Source: a virus (lineage: Duplodnaviria; Caudoviricetes). From it: a stretch of 64,000 bases of DNA. Shown piece after piece: positions 8,722 through 18,183 of this stretch; position 1 is the stretch's first letter; each line of letters begins with the position of its first letter. The notes beneath the pieces were generated by a model. It was given only the letters and a program-made list of their open reading frames with translations, made no database searches and was not told the DNA's origin. Position numbers and translations under genes: made by a program. The stretch spans positions 35 through 64,034 of the IMG/VR virus record IMGVR_UViG_3300037258_000150. One strand, 5' to 3'.

Positions 8722-8927
8722 ACGGTCCTTTCTACGTGTTCGAGGCATGCAAGAGCGCGGCGCTGGGTGATCTGTACCGCGGCGATCGGCCCACACTCGA
8801 TGAGGCGACGGCACTCGCCATATCAATCCATAACGAGGCCGGGAAGCGTACCTACGTTCTCGATAGCCTCGCCGAGCGAGTAGCGGTCTATCCTCGTAGC
8901 GCTGACAACCAAGCGGGTGGTAAATGA
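8718..8927 (+). CDS. Hypothetical protein
   Basis: GGAGG RBS, ATGA coupling. Confidence 0.55.
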   Translation: MNGPFYVFEACKSAALGDLYRGDRPTLDEATALAISIHNEAGKRTYVLDSLAERVAVYPRSADNQAGGK

Positions 8928-9127
8928 TCGTCACCGAAAAAGCGCACGGCCGTACCCGGTTCTTCCGAGGCGCGAGCCGTCAGTTTGAGCAGGAGTGGGA
9001 CGCCTTCACCGCCGATCGGGCGCGGGCGAAGTCCATGACAGCAGCCGAAGCGAAGACCAAATCTGCCGAGCTGAATGCTCGCCATGCCGAGCATTCGACG
9101 TGGTGCGTATACGGGGTGACGCCATGA
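8924..9127 (+). CDS. Hypothetical protein
   Basis: Coupled ORF. Confidence 0.55.
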   Translation: MIVTEKAHGRTRFFRGASRQFEQEWDAFTADRARAKSMTAAEAKTKSAELNARHAEHSTWCVYGVTP

Positions 9128-9318
9128 CGCGCCGCCGACTACTGACGGACGACCGCATGGACGATCTGCGGCGCACACCGAGACAGGCCGACGTGTCAGA
9201 CGTCGAGGATCTGGTCGGCGAAGTGGATCGTCTGCGGGCGGAGATTCTGGCCGCTCGGCATAACGGCTCGGCTCCGGAAGCGTTCTGGCTGCCGGACGCA
9301 GACGGGAATACAGGGTAA
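9124..9318 (+). CDS. Hypothetical protein
   Basis: Coupled ORF with LVGEVDRLRAE motif. Confidence 0.55.
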   Translation: MTRRRLLTDDRMDDLRRTPRQADVSDVEDLVGEVDRLRAEILAARHNGSAPEAFWLPDADGNTG

Positions 9319-9392
9319 TCGGATCAACCAGGAGATGAGCATGCGTGACGAAAAAGGCGGCTGGTAACAGCTCATAACTCAGACGAGCATCC

Positions 9393-9575
9393 ATGAAACT
9401 CCCCCTCCTCCTCTCCTGTCTGCTGTTACAATCGTGCGCCCTCTGCCAGCGCCATGAGCGCACCTGCGATGCGGTGGCTGTAGGCGCGGCAGCGCTCGTG
9501 ATCGGGAGTTTGAGCGCGAGTGACTGGCACGGCGGAGGCTGTACGTGCGGGTGTCCGGGGATGCCGCGCTGCTAG
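9393..9575 (+). CDS. Small Cys-rich lipoprotein
   Basis: MKLPLLLSCLLLQS-C lipobox; last gene of the plus arm. Confidence 0.6.
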   Translation: MKLPLLLSCLLLQSCALCQRHERTCDAVAVGAAALVIGSLSASDWHGGGCTCGCPGMPRC

Positions 9576-10396
9576 GTCGGGAAGATGCGTTCCGCCTCGG
9601 GCAGGAGCGCGATCGACGACGGGTCGAGCTCGAACGCGTAGTTCCCCGCATGGTGCGCCGCCACCGGATTGTCTGACACGCGCGCATTCGCCGGCAGCAT
9701 CGTGAGATTGTGCAGTGGCGAGTAGCCCATCCCGCCAGGGACCCGAGGCACGAGGTCGCGCTCGTACGCATAGCACACATAGTCCGTCACCCGGCTCGCG
9801 AAGTAGTCGGCGAACGCGCCATCTCCAGGGTGCGGGCTTGCGAAGAACCGTCCACGCACTGCGGCGCTACCGAAAGCCTCGGCCGCAGCGAGCGCCAGGT
9901 ACTCGGCGAGCGGTGCGCCTAAGCTGTGCCCCGTGAACGCGATCGGCCGCTTGTCGCTGAACGCCTCGAGCGGCGGCCCATCGGTACCCTTGAGGTCGCG
10001 AAACTGAAGCGACTTGAACAGGTCCCAGAAGCCGGTCTCGACGCAGCCGTCGCCCGGATGGGCCACTTTCGGCAGGAACGTCCCGTCAATAGCCCACTCG
10101 GCCATCGACTCGGTGCCCCGGATAATCACGTGCTGGCCGGCCTCGCTCTCGGTCACGAAACCGTAAAACACACGCTTGGCCCCGAGGTTGAGCCAGTCCT
10201 CAAAGAACGCGTCCTGGCCGCTCAGCCAGCCGACGAGGGAGTGCGTGGCGGCAATCCAGGGTGGTAGTGGCGGCCCGCCTGAGATGATGGCGCCTTGGGC
10301 TTCCTGCGTCGCCGGGGGCATCTCAACCGGGCCGATGTGCTCGGCCGAGTAACAGTACAAGGCCAGCCGGGCGGCTTCGGCGGGGTCGGGCGTCAC
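9572..10396 (-). CDS. Class 3 lipase (alpha/beta hydrolase)
   Basis: IRGTES..EW..D, GF, FTGHSLG, ASP..G, DLVP.VP, C-terminal His; GTG overlaps the upstream TGA. Confidence 0.88.
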   Translation of the reverse strand: MTPDPAEAARLALYCYSAEHIGPVEMPPATQEAQGAIISGGPPLPPWIAATHSLVGWLSGQDAFFEDWLNLGAKRVFYGFVTESEAGQHVIIRGTESMAEWAIDGTFLPKVAHPGDGCVETGFWDLFKSLQFRDLKGTDGPPLEAFSDKRPIAFTGHSLGAPLAEYLALAAAEAFGSAAVRGRFFASPHPGDGAFADYFASRVTDYVCYAYERDLVPRVPGGMGYSPLHNLTMLPANARVSDNPVAAHHAGNYAFELDPSSIALLPEAERIFPT

Positions 10397-11157
10397 GCGG
10401 CTTCCCTGATGGCCGACATCTGCGTCTCCAGGTCCGTGAGCGACAAGCCGGCCGGGCTCTTGCCAGTCGCCAGGATCCAATCCGCATCGGCGAGCAGATA
10501 CGCCTCATCGACGTAGGCCGACCAGAACGCCCAGGTCATCCGGTAGGCTTTGCTGCCCCAGGAGATGATGTTGAGGCCGTCCGCGTCGTAGCCGGCCGCA
10601 ATCACCGCATGACCGCCGATGATATTCGCCGTGCCCGGCCGCACATCCCAGACCTGCTCGGACATGATCCAGTCCGGTACGTTAAAGCCGAGGTAGCAAA
10701 GACCGCCATCGTAGATTGCGAGCTTCACGTCCGCGAAGTTCGACGGGTCCACTTCGACGAAGGCGCTGATGCGGTGCCGGCCGCTCGTGACCGGAATCCC
10801 TGAGAGCATGGCGAAGGTGAGCACCGACTGCTCATCCCCACCCCTGTCGGTCGAGGCATCCCCCGCTTTGTACCCGCACGCCTCAGAATAGAGCTCGATG
10901 ATATTCGAGTCCGGCTCCGTGTCGATTGGCGGGTTGGCGTTCGCCGTCCAGACCTGAAGCGCATGCCCGAGGGCGGCGCAGGTACAGTCGCCGAGCGAAT
11001 TGTTCCCCATCATGCCGAGGTCTGCCGGCAATGCGACCGTGTAGTCGCAGGAGACCGGAGGCGGCGCGAGAGCGCGGCGCCGCCCGGCCAGCAGGGCTGA
11101 GAGATGCGGCACCCGAGGATTGAATTTCCGCGGGAGCCGCCCGAGCATGCCGCCCAT
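10393..11157 (-). CDS. Papain-like (C1-related) cysteine peptidase
   Basis: GNNSLGDCTCAA, GGHAVIAAGYD, ISWG. Confidence 0.75.
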   Translation of the reverse strand: MGGMLGRLPRKFNPRVPHLSALLAGRRRALAPPPVSCDYTVALPADLGMMGNNSLGDCTCAALGHALQVWTANANPPIDTEPDSNIIELYSEACGYKAGDASTDRGGDEQSVLTFAMLSGIPVTSGRHRISAFVEVDPSNFADVKLAIYDGGLCYLGFNVPDWIMSEQVWDVRPGTANIIGGHAVIAAGYDADGLNIISWGSKAYRMTWAFWSAYVDEAYLLADADWILATGKSPAGLSLTDLETQMSAIREAA

Positions 11158-11160
11158 GCC

Positions 11161-11532
11161 TTACGCCTTCTTCTGCTGCGCGAGCTCCGCGCCAGCCGCC
11201 GCTGCAATGCCGGCTCCCGTATCGGCGAACCAGCCCTTGAGCGACTCCCCGAGGAAGGGCGAGTTCTGCACGACCTGCCAGTCGATCTGCGCGGCCGGGG
11301 TCACAAACGCCAGCGCGTTGGCGGCGAACTGCGCCATGGCCGGATCCTTGATGCCGGCGACGAGAGTCTGTAGCTGCGCGGCCATGGCCGTGAAGTCCCC
11401 CGTCCCGCCGGCATTGAAGTACGCGGCGATCGTGGAGGCGGTATTGGCGGCCGCCACCTTGTCAGCGGCCATGCTGATGGCGAGCGCGGTGGCGCCGTTG
11501 GCGGCGAGGTAGGGGATGGAAGTGTTGCTCAT
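11161..11532 (-). CDS. Ala-rich helical protein of the lysis region
   Basis: ATGA coupling; amphipathic helices. Confidence 0.65.
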   Translation of the reverse strand: MSNTSIPYLAANGATALAISMAADKVAAANTASTIAAYFNAGGTGDFTAMAAQLQTLVAGIKDPAMAQFAANALAFVTPAAQIDWQVVQNSPFLGESLKGWFADTGAGIAAAAGAELAQQKKA

Positions 11533-11798
11533 TTGGGCTCTCGTGGAGGCGCCGGCACCGCCGGCAGAATAGGGTTCGAGGCCAAGACCGCCTTGGCTTG
11601 GACGTAAGTCTGCGCTGTCACGTGACCCCTCCAATAGGTGAGTACCGCGATGGCTCCGAGACAGCCTTTCATGTACTTGTCGGGAATGAAGCCGCCCTCG
11701 GCGAGCACGGCGAGAGTGCCACCGGAGACGGCAAGGATGCGTGTCCAGCTGTTATTGAGCGCTTCCCAGACGTTGGTTGCGAAAATCCAGAAGTTCAT
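11529..11798 (-). CDS. Putative holin-like membrane protein
   Basis: 89 aa, two hydrophobic segments, near the endolysin. Confidence 0.5.
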   Translation of the reverse strand: MNFWIFATNVWEALNNSWTRILAVSGGTLAVLAEGGFIPDKYMKGCLGAIAVLTYWRGHVTAQTYVQAKAVLASNPILPAVPAPPREPK

Positions 11799-12232
11799 GG
11801 TGTCACCACTACAGTTAAGCCGCTCGGGGCGCCGGGCGTCTTCGTTGTCGGTACCGGCGCGCCCTGGCATGCCTCGCTTGAATGGGCCGACTCTATTCCG
11901 GCTACTACCGCCGTCACAAAGCCGCAAACCTGCTGGGTAGAGGTATAGCCAGAGGTCACCGCGCTCGTAAATCTGATGCCGGTCTGCACTGGCGTTGGGG
12001 CTTCACTACCGGTACCCGCTACACCAACGTAGAGGTTGTACGTGATGGTTGCCGTGCTCGGGATTGCCGTGCCATCAGTGTACTGAGTGGGGGCGACGTA
12101 AGACCAAGTCGCGGTGCCCGTCGTCTGGGCAGTGGCAACGGACGCCACCATCAGCGCGAGCAATGCGGCATGTCGCTTTCGAATCGCCATGCTCCCGCGA
12201 AGGAGGAGCCAGAGGAATTTGAGGTATTTCAC
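11795..12232 (-). CDS. Exported fibronectin-III-like protein
   Basis: Signal AALLALMVASVATA-Q, W..PTQYTDG, ESAHSSEAC, PGAPSGLTV; alternative ATG at 12190. Confidence 0.75.
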   Translation of the reverse strand: MKYLKFLWLLLRGSMAIRKRHAALLALMVASVATAQTTGTATWSYVAPTQYTDGTAIPSTATITYNLYVGVAGTGSEAPTPVQTGIRFTSAVTSGYTSTQQVCGFVTAVVAGIESAHSSEACQGAPVPTTKTPGAPSGLTVVVTP

Positions 12233-12579
12233 TTGTGCACCCCGTCGGGCGATATCGAGAAGTGATCCAAGTCCTTGAGTTGGCCGAAATCGCCTCCCCA
12301 ATAATGATCAGGCCCGAGCGTCTTCCACCACGTCCCGAGCTGCCCGTACGCGTCCCCTGTCGTCAGATACTCCCCGTCTTTGAATAGATTCAGGTCGATG
12401 GCGAGGCGTTCGCAGTGCACGGAGTCTTTGATGCCCGAGCCGTGCTCGGCATCCCATTCGGCTTGCTGAGGAGTTCGCCACGCCTCCCCGAGCGTCACGC
12501 CGTAGCCCAATTCCTGAGCCTTCTGGATGAGCTTCGCGGCGTCCTGGGAGAAGGTCTGTTGTAGATCGAGAATGCTCAC
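12229..12579 (-). CDS. Endolysin, M15 family (L-Ala-D-Glu peptidase-like)
   Basis: GEAWRT, SVHCERLAIDL, WGGDF, DLDHFS zinc motifs. Confidence 0.9.
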   Translation of the reverse strand: MSILDLQQTFSQDAAKLIQKAQELGYGVTLGEAWRTPQQAEWDAEHGSGIKDSVHCERLAIDLNLFKDGEYLTTGDAYGQLGTWWKTLGPDHYWGGDFGQLKDLDHFSISPDGVHK

Positions 12580-12890
12580 TTTTCCTCCAGCTTATCCACT
12601 CGCTCTTTCAACACCTCGACCGCGCGGACATAGGGCTCAACCTGCACATGCTTCCATTCGCGAAGGTCAAGGATATCCCGTTCGTTGCGCTCGATGCGAA
12701 TGGAGAGACCGGCCTTTGTCACCGCAGCCTCCATCTCATCGAGCCGTCTGCCCAATCCCTTGCGCCAATCCTCGCTCGCCTGCTTCCACTCGCCGAAGGC
12801 GCCGAGGAAAAACTTGGACGATCCCCACCAGGCAAGGATCGGGCTCGCGATGGCAACGGCGAGAGCGATGGCTGTGACCCATAATTCCAT
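12576..12890 (-). CDS. N-terminal TM plus coiled-coil protein (holin/spanin-like)
   Basis: Hydrophobic residues 1-24 then heptads; directly upstream of the endolysin. Confidence 0.6.
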   Translation of the reverse strand: MELWVTAIALAVAIASPILAWWGSSKFFLGAFGEWKQASEDWRKGLGRRLDEMEAAVTKAGLSIRIERNERDILDLREWKHVQVEPYVRAVEVLKERVDKLEEK

Positions 12891-12896
12891 GTCGTC

Positions 12897-13100
12897 TCAA
12901 CATTTGATGGCGCAGTACGCCGATACCCGGCAGATGTCGAGGAAGAGAAACTCCGCGACTGTCCAGGTCGACGCGTCGCGCGCGAGAATCTCATGCATCT
13001 TCGGCGCCATGTGCGTCGGTACTTTGCCCGACACCAGGGGATTACCGAGGTCGGCCTTGATACTGTCTTGAACGATGATCGAACCGTCGCCGCCTCCCAT
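12897..13100 (-). CDS. Hypothetical protein
   Basis: GAGGTG RBS; fills the gap in the operon. Confidence 0.55.
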   Translation of the reverse strand: MGGGDGSIIVQDSIKADLGNPLVSGKVPTHMAPKMHEILARDASTWTVAEFLFLDICRVSAYCAIKC

Positions 13101-13103
13101 AAC

Positions 13104-13568
13104 TCACCTCGTAGGTTTCATGCGTTGAATATTTCCGGTAGGCCCGTGCGTGTCATCGCCCGGGATCTTCCAGCCGTTCAAAATGGCGTAGGCTTCCATG
13201 TCCATATAGCGCCGCTCCAGCAGCTTACCCTGTATGTGATCGTCATTGAAAGAGCGTTCGAGGGCCCGTTGCTCGGCGATGTTCGCCCCCATCACCACCC
13301 CGCACGCCCCGATGACCGCCGTCAGCATGAGCACCGTCGGCAGAAACCACGACGTGAGGCGCTCGAGCCCCGGCGGCAGCTCGATGCGGGTGATATTGAC
13401 GTGCGCTCCGGCGTGCGCCGTAACGGCCTCATTGGGCGAGTTGTCGGGATTGGTCTGCATCGGGGCGCCAGACTCTGGCATCGGTGCTGGCGCAGCGGCT
13501 GGCGGCTTCTCAGGTGTCGCCATGTGTAGCGCCCTCTTCGGCCACTCGACGGGCTGTATATCGCTCAC
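13104..13568 (-). CDS. Single-TM membrane protein
   Basis: WFLPTVLMLTAVIGACGVVMGA segment. Confidence 0.65.
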   Translation of the reverse strand: MSDIQPVEWPKRALHMATPEKPPAAAPAPMPESGAPMQTNPDNSPNEAVTAHAGAHVNITRIELPPGLERLTSWFLPTVLMLTAVIGACGVVMGANIAEQRALERSFNDDHIQGKLLERRYMDMEAYAILNGWKIPGDDTHGPTGNIQRMKPTR

Positions 13569-13969
13569 TGTCCGCCATTCTGCCGCCTCTGCGCGAGCGC
13601 CATGATTTCAGACTGGAAGGCCGACATCTCCTGCTGCATCTGCCCTATCTGAGATTGCGAGGCGTCCTGACGGCCAGAGAGTTGGTTGACGGCGCCGTTG
13701 GTCGTGTAGACCGCCTGCAGGACGAGCGCAAACAATGTCGACATCACGATTCCAAACACCCCGAGCATCCAGAACACAACCTTCGTCGCGCCATTGAAGT
13801 GATTGACGCGTCCGTGATTGGGCGGTGAAGGCATGCGGTTGATGGCATCCTCGGCGGCTTTGCGCGCGACTTCCACCATGAAGCGCTGCATCTCACCGGA
13901 CCACTCCACGTCGATCAGACGCTCGCGCGGTACTTCGCTCATTCCAGCGATTTCCTCTTCTGCTCTCAC
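13565..13969 (-). CDS. Single-TM plus coiled-coil membrane protein
   Basis: VVFWMLGVFGIVMSTLFALVL followed by Gln-rich heptads. Confidence 0.65.
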   Translation of the reverse strand: MRAEEEIAGMSEVPRERLIDVEWSGEMQRFMVEVARKAAEDAINRMPSPPNHGRVNHFNGATKVVFWMLGVFGIVMSTLFALVLQAVYTTNGAVNQLSGRQDASQSQIGQMQQEMSAFQSEIMALAQRRQNGGQ

Positions 13970-14117
13970 GACAAACGCTCGTTAAATTGACCCCGGCGAC
14001 CTTGTCGAGCCCGATCTTAGCCTATGCGCTTGAGAAAAGCATAGCGGGCGCTTGGCATCTGTGCTAGCTATCACCGCTGCCCTGAGATTTGCGGGCGCAG
14101 TACCCATATTTCTCCCC

Positions 14118-16199
14118 TCAATTGAACGTCAAGGTATTGATGGCCACGGTGGACTGGTTCGCGCCGTTTCCGGTGAGGCACACATAATTGGCGCCGAGGA
14201 CGAGCGCCACGGTCCCGAGCGTCACGTTGCCCGTGCCGGTGGGGATGCTCACGGAGCCAGAAGTCGAAAAGGGAGTTTTCTCCCCCGCCCATTCGAGCCC
14301 CGTAGAGCCAGCCGAGCCGCCGCTATTGGTGAGATTCGCGACGAGGGAGTAGGTGCCGGCCTTCGAGCAGTTGATAAGGAACGTCGCCTGATAGCTCGTG
14401 CTGTAGTTCGGCGCCCAGGACGGGGTGGCGAAGCCGCTACCACCGAGCGTCGCGACAGCGCCAGTGGCGTTGTCGATGTAGCAATTGCCCTGGATGATCG
14501 ACCCGGTACCGCTGACGACATTGCGGGTCAGGACGTAGGAGCCGGCATTCGCGGCGATTATCGCCGCTTGACGAGGTGATCCGCTCGTAACGAAAGTTGT
14601 CCAATCCTCCGCCGACTCATTGACTGGAGTGAGGCTCGTATTGGTGTTGACGTCAACCCCCGTCCACTGCGGAACTCCACGGGAGCCGCTATTGAGCACC
14701 CCTTGGTAGTAAGCCTCCATGACGGCGGTCATTCCAGGGTCTAGAATCGCGGCGCCAGCATTGACAAGTCCAGCATTCTCATTGTTAGTCTGCCAGCCGC
14801 CCTCGTAGCAGAGCATCGAGAGGCCATCCTTTAGCCCCACGCATAGGACAGCCTCGATGTCATAGACCGAGGTCGAGGGCGTATTGGCGAGTGGGACAGC
14901 CTGTGCCACGCTAAGCAACGTCGCCTGAATTTGCGCAATGGTGTTGCTGTACTGCCCGGAGGTGTATCCAGTGTTGAGATACGGCGCTAGAGCCGTCGAG
15001 TAGAAGTCATTCGCCACATTCCAGCCGTTCGTCGCATATTCCGAGCGCACGTGAGATCTGAAGGCTACTCCATTGCCTCCCGACTGCCATGCCGACACTA
15101 GCCGGACATCAGTTCCGTACCTCGCGCCAAAGACGCCCTGGAAGATGCTCGCAAAGTTGTGATTCTGATAGCAGTAGAAGGGAACTGGAGCATTGGTACC
15201 TCCATACGTGGTGGCTGCCGAAGCCCACGCAGCGATCCCGGCGCCCTCATTGTTCCACAGCTCATCTGACTGCTCGATGTAGATCGGCAGCCCCGGCGGC
15301 ACCAGCGCAAAGAGCGCGTTCGCAAGGTCCGTAATGTAGGTGAAACTGGCGTCGAATAAATTCGGCAGGTTGAGCCACATGGGGCGCCCGACCGCCATAC
15401 AAAAGGCCGCGAGGCACTCGAGCGGAATGCCTTCCAGTCCGTTGCCTTTGTTGTAGTAAAAGCACTGCGTATTGGCGGGCGTTGCGCGATTCGCCGATGT
15501 CATTACCGTCGAGATGAAGACGCATCCCGTCCAGTCCATGCCACGGATATAGCCGGCGTTGCGATAGGTTGCCAGAGCCTCGGGCGTGAAGGCCGAGGGT
15601 GAGAGCTTGTCGTCGATGACTGGGCTCGCGTAATAACTCGGTGGGTACGCCCAGACATTGGTAGCGCCGCCAGTGGTGCCGGTGACCTTGAAACCGGCGT
15701 TGGTGCCGACACTGTTCATGTCGAAAGTGGTGTAGGCGCCCCCAGTTCCGGGTACTACATTCGATACCGAGGCCCCGTTGACACCGGTGACTGTCTCCGC
15801 TCCCGTACCAATAAATCCGCACTTCCAGGTGCCTTGCATCCACTGCGCGCGAGTACTGACGAAGTTGCCCGCGTTCATGAAGATTGAGAAATCGGTGGTT
15901 GGCCAACCGGCGGAATCCACGGTGGTCAGCGCCGAGCCGGCGGAGTTGAACCACCCCTTGGCCTCTCGAATCCTGTTCCGGTAGATCGCGAGGCCCTCGT
16001 AGTAGGTCGAGCCAGACCCGCCGGCTGAGATGTTCATGCCGGCTGGCAATTGCAAAATACCGGCCTTGAGCACGGCGCCAGCAGCTTCTACAACAGAGCC
16101 CCCGGCGGTCACCACCTGCGCGCGCGCCTCCCGCAGCGCACCGCCAGCCGCCACAAGTGCCGCTCCGGTGCGCGCGAGCATTTGGCGGCGCGTGACCAT
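14118..16199 (-). CDS. Tat-signal glycoside-hydrolase-like protein (clan GH-A-like barrel) with C-terminal CBM-like domain
   Basis: MVTRRQML...ARA-Q signal; IRGMDW, GIPLE, WLNLP, IEQSDELWN, CYEGG motifs. Confidence 0.7.
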   Translation of the reverse strand: MVTRRQMLARTGAALVAAGGALREARAQVVTAGGSVVEAAGAVLKAGILQLPAGMNISAGGSGSTYYEGLAIYRNRIREAKGWFNSAGSALTTVDSAGWPTTDFSIFMNAGNFVSTRAQWMQGTWKCGFIGTGAETVTGVNGASVSNVVPGTGGAYTTFDMNSVGTNAGFKVTGTTGGATNVWAYPPSYYASPVIDDKLSPSAFTPEALATYRNAGYIRGMDWTGCVFISTVMTSANRATPANTQCFYYNKGNGLEGIPLECLAAFCMAVGRPMWLNLPNLFDASFTYITDLANALFALVPPGLPIYIEQSDELWNNEGAGIAAWASAATTYGGTNAPVPFYCYQNHNFASIFQGVFGARYGTDVRLVSAWQSGGNGVAFRSHVRSEYATNGWNVANDFYSTALAPYLNTGYTSGQYSNTIAQIQATLLSVAQAVPLANTPSTSVYDIEAVLCVGLKDGLSMLCYEGGWQTNNENAGLVNAGAAILDPGMTAVMEAYYQGVLNSGSRGVPQWTGVDVNTNTSLTPVNESAEDWTTFVTSGSPRQAAIIAANAGSYVLTRNVVSGTGSIIQGNCYIDNATGAVATLGGSGFATPSWAPNYSTSYQATFLINCSKAGTYSLVANLTNSGGSAGSTGLEWAGEKTPFSTSGSVSIPTGTGNVTLGTVALVLGANYVCLTGNGANQSTVAINTLTFN

Positions 16200-17278
16200 C
16201 AGCCGCAGGAATTCAACGCCGCGCCATTACTGACCATCGCGTGGTCGTTGGAGAGCATCGGCTTTGACACGCAGGTAGAGACCGGCGTATAGGTGATGAC
16301 GATGATGCCTTGAGCGCCGTGGCCGAAGCCGGTGTAGGAGGCATTACCACCCCCGCCGCCACCGCCGCCGTAGAGACCGCCATTACCGGGCGGATCCGCC
16401 GAGCCGGAAGCGATGGAACCGTTGCCGCCGCCGCCACCGCCCGACCCGTGCGTAGCGTCCCATTCAGTGCCCGCGCCTCCCACTCCGCCCGCGACGCCAG
16501 CCGCCGCAGTGCCGTTGCCAAACCCGCCGCCGCCGCCGCCTCCCGATGAACTCGATGCCGCCGAGCCAGCCCCTCCCGGCACCGTGCTCGATGTACCGCC
16601 TGCGCCGCCGGTGCCGCCCACTGTGCCGCCGCCGTTGGCCCCGAGCCCTCCGGCAGTGCCCGCAGTCGTCGTGCCGCCTGCGGTGCCGGCAGAGCCCCCG
16701 CCGGCCCCTCCGCCGCCTGAGCCGCCGGTGACGTTCGCCGTGCTCGCGGCCGCACCACCCGCAGCGCCATTGCCGTTCGGGCCACCGGCGGCACCTCCGC
16801 CCGTGCCCCCGCCGTTGGTCTCGGTTGTGTAGGCGCCACCGTTGCCGCCATTAAAAAGCGTGCCGCCAATACCGCCGGTGTTGCCGGTTTGACCCCCTCC
16901 GATCCCGGCCGCGCCACTAGTTAAGGCGCCGGTCCCATGACGAGCCAGAGCGGCGGCGGTAGAGACAATCCAAGTATCCGTCCCGCTCGCGCCTACTGTC
17001 GAACCCCCTGTACCGACCTGTAACGAAGCCCCGTTTGATATAGCAAGCGATAGGGTGACGGAATATTGACCGCCACCTCCGCCCGTACCGATGGAAGGAG
17101 TGTTGTTGCCCGCCTGCCCCGCGCCGCCTCCGGCAATGAGTTCTACTTTATCCGCCGTACCGGGCCAGTCGCCTGGAGCCGTGAAGGTGCCCGCGCCCGT
17201 CGTCGTGATGTAGATGACATTGGCGCGCGCCAGTGTCCAAAAGGCGGCGAGAGCAATTGCGGATAGAGTCGTTTTCAT
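16199..17278 (-). CDS. Signal-peptide glycine-rich adhesin/fibre-tip-like protein
   Basis: MKTTLSAIALAAFWTLARA-N; GTFTAP..VELIAGGG, polyglycine runs, GAQGIIVITY. Confidence 0.8.
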   Translation of the reverse strand: MKTTLSAIALAAFWTLARANVIYITTTGAGTFTAPGDWPGTADKVELIAGGGAGQAGNNTPSIGTGGGGGQYSVTLSLAISNGASLQVGTGGSTVGASGTDTWIVSTAAALARHGTGALTSGAAGIGGGQTGNTGGIGGTLFNGGNGGAYTTETNGGGTGGGAAGGPNGNGAAGGAAASTANVTGGSGGGGAGGGSAGTAGGTTTAGTAGGLGANGGGTVGGTGGAGGTSSTVPGGAGSAASSSSGGGGGGGFGNGTAAAGVAGGVGGAGTEWDATHGSGGGGGGNGSIASGSADPPGNGGLYGGGGGGGGNASYTGFGHGAQGIIVITYTPVSTCVSKPMLSNDHAMVSNGAALNSCG

Positions 17279-17301
17279 GTGGACACTTTTTCCCGGCGCC
17301 C

Positions 17302-18150
17302 TCACCCGCACGAATTCAGCGCACCGCCGTGACTCACGACCGGGTGGCCATTCGACAGCGCGGGTTTGTGCGTACAAGGGGCTGCGGGCTCGTGAAATAC
17401 CACGACGTACGTATCGAAGTTGTCAGTGCTCGCCGTCGGCGCCGTGAAGGTTGCGGTGCTCGCCGTCGTCGCCGTGACGCGCTGGTCCTCGATGAGCGCG
17501 AAGTTCGTGCCCGTGGCAAACTGCCAGAAGGCACCCCCGCGTGCGGTATAGCCGGTACCGACGACTGGCGGCCCATCGGTAGAGTGCAGGATCGTCGAGA
17601 ATCCAATGATGATCGCAGGCTGGCTCGACAGCGTCGGCGTGGCGCCACTCGTCACGCCATTTGGGGTGCCGGAACCAGGAGCAGGCCGCTGCGAGTTCCC
17701 GTTGTCTTCCCCCGTCACGAATGGCGCCGATGTGGAAAGGCCCGAGTACTCCACGCATGCGACGCCCTTGTAGAAACTGTTCAAGCTGCTGCCATTGAAT
17801 GTCGCTGTCACGGAGTCGGCAGAGCCCCCGGTGACATTGCTCGCGTAGTAGGTCTGCGTCTCGAAAAAGTTCGTCGCGTCCTGAAGCGTCTTCACCGCCG
17901 TGAACGTATTGCCCAGGGTATCCGTCAGCGGTATCGACGTCGGGAGCGCCGTGCTCGATCCCTCTCCATCAAAGTCAGCGACGCAGAAGAGCAGGTTTCC
18001 GGTCGTCAGTGTAGTCGCAAAATTTCCGCTGGCAACGGTAGTCGTGGTGTTCGTCGTGGTGCTGTTTTGCACCAACTGGATGAACGTGCCATTCGCGTGC
18101 GCGAGAGTGCAGAGCATCGAGAGGGCGAGTGTGGAGAGAAGTGTTTTCAA
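17302..18150 (-). CDS. Signal-peptide beta-sandwich adhesin-like protein
   Basis: TTG start behind AGGAA gives MKTLLSTLALSMLCTLAHA-N (alternative ATG 18177); Thr/Ser-rich beta strands. Confidence 0.75.
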   Translation of the reverse strand: MKTLLSTLALSMLCTLAHANGTFIQLVQNSTTTNTTTTVASGNFATTLTTGNLLFCVADFDGEGSSTALPTSIPLTDTLGNTFTAVKTLQDATNFFETQTYYASNVTGGSADSVTATFNGSSLNSFYKGVACVEYSGLSTSAPFVTGEDNGNSQRPAPGSGTPNGVTSGATPTLSSQPAIIIGFSTILHSTDGPPVVGTGYTARGGAFWQFATGTNFALIEDQRVTATTASTATFTAPTASTDNFDTYVVVFHEPAAPCTHKPALSNGHPVVSHGGALNSCG

Positions 18151-18183
18151 GATGACGTTCCTAGTTTGTGTTCCCATACTGAC

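Noticed and set aside
13982-14107. 41-codon minus-strand ORF or riboswitch-like element between the fibre cassette and lysis genes
   Set aside because: It has an SD-like sequence but an uninformative product, and I could not match it to a known RNA motif
16413-16832. Pro-rich plus-strand ORF and similar long shadow ORFs (e.g. 17233-18426, 28120-29058, 39066-39719)
   Set aside because: Mirror translations of Gly/Ala/Thr-rich genes in high-GC DNA
16199-17376. C-terminal similarity of two adhesins as an invertible or DGR-type repeat
   Set aside because: Same orientation, similar mainly at protein level and diverged in DNA; better explained as a shared peptide tag
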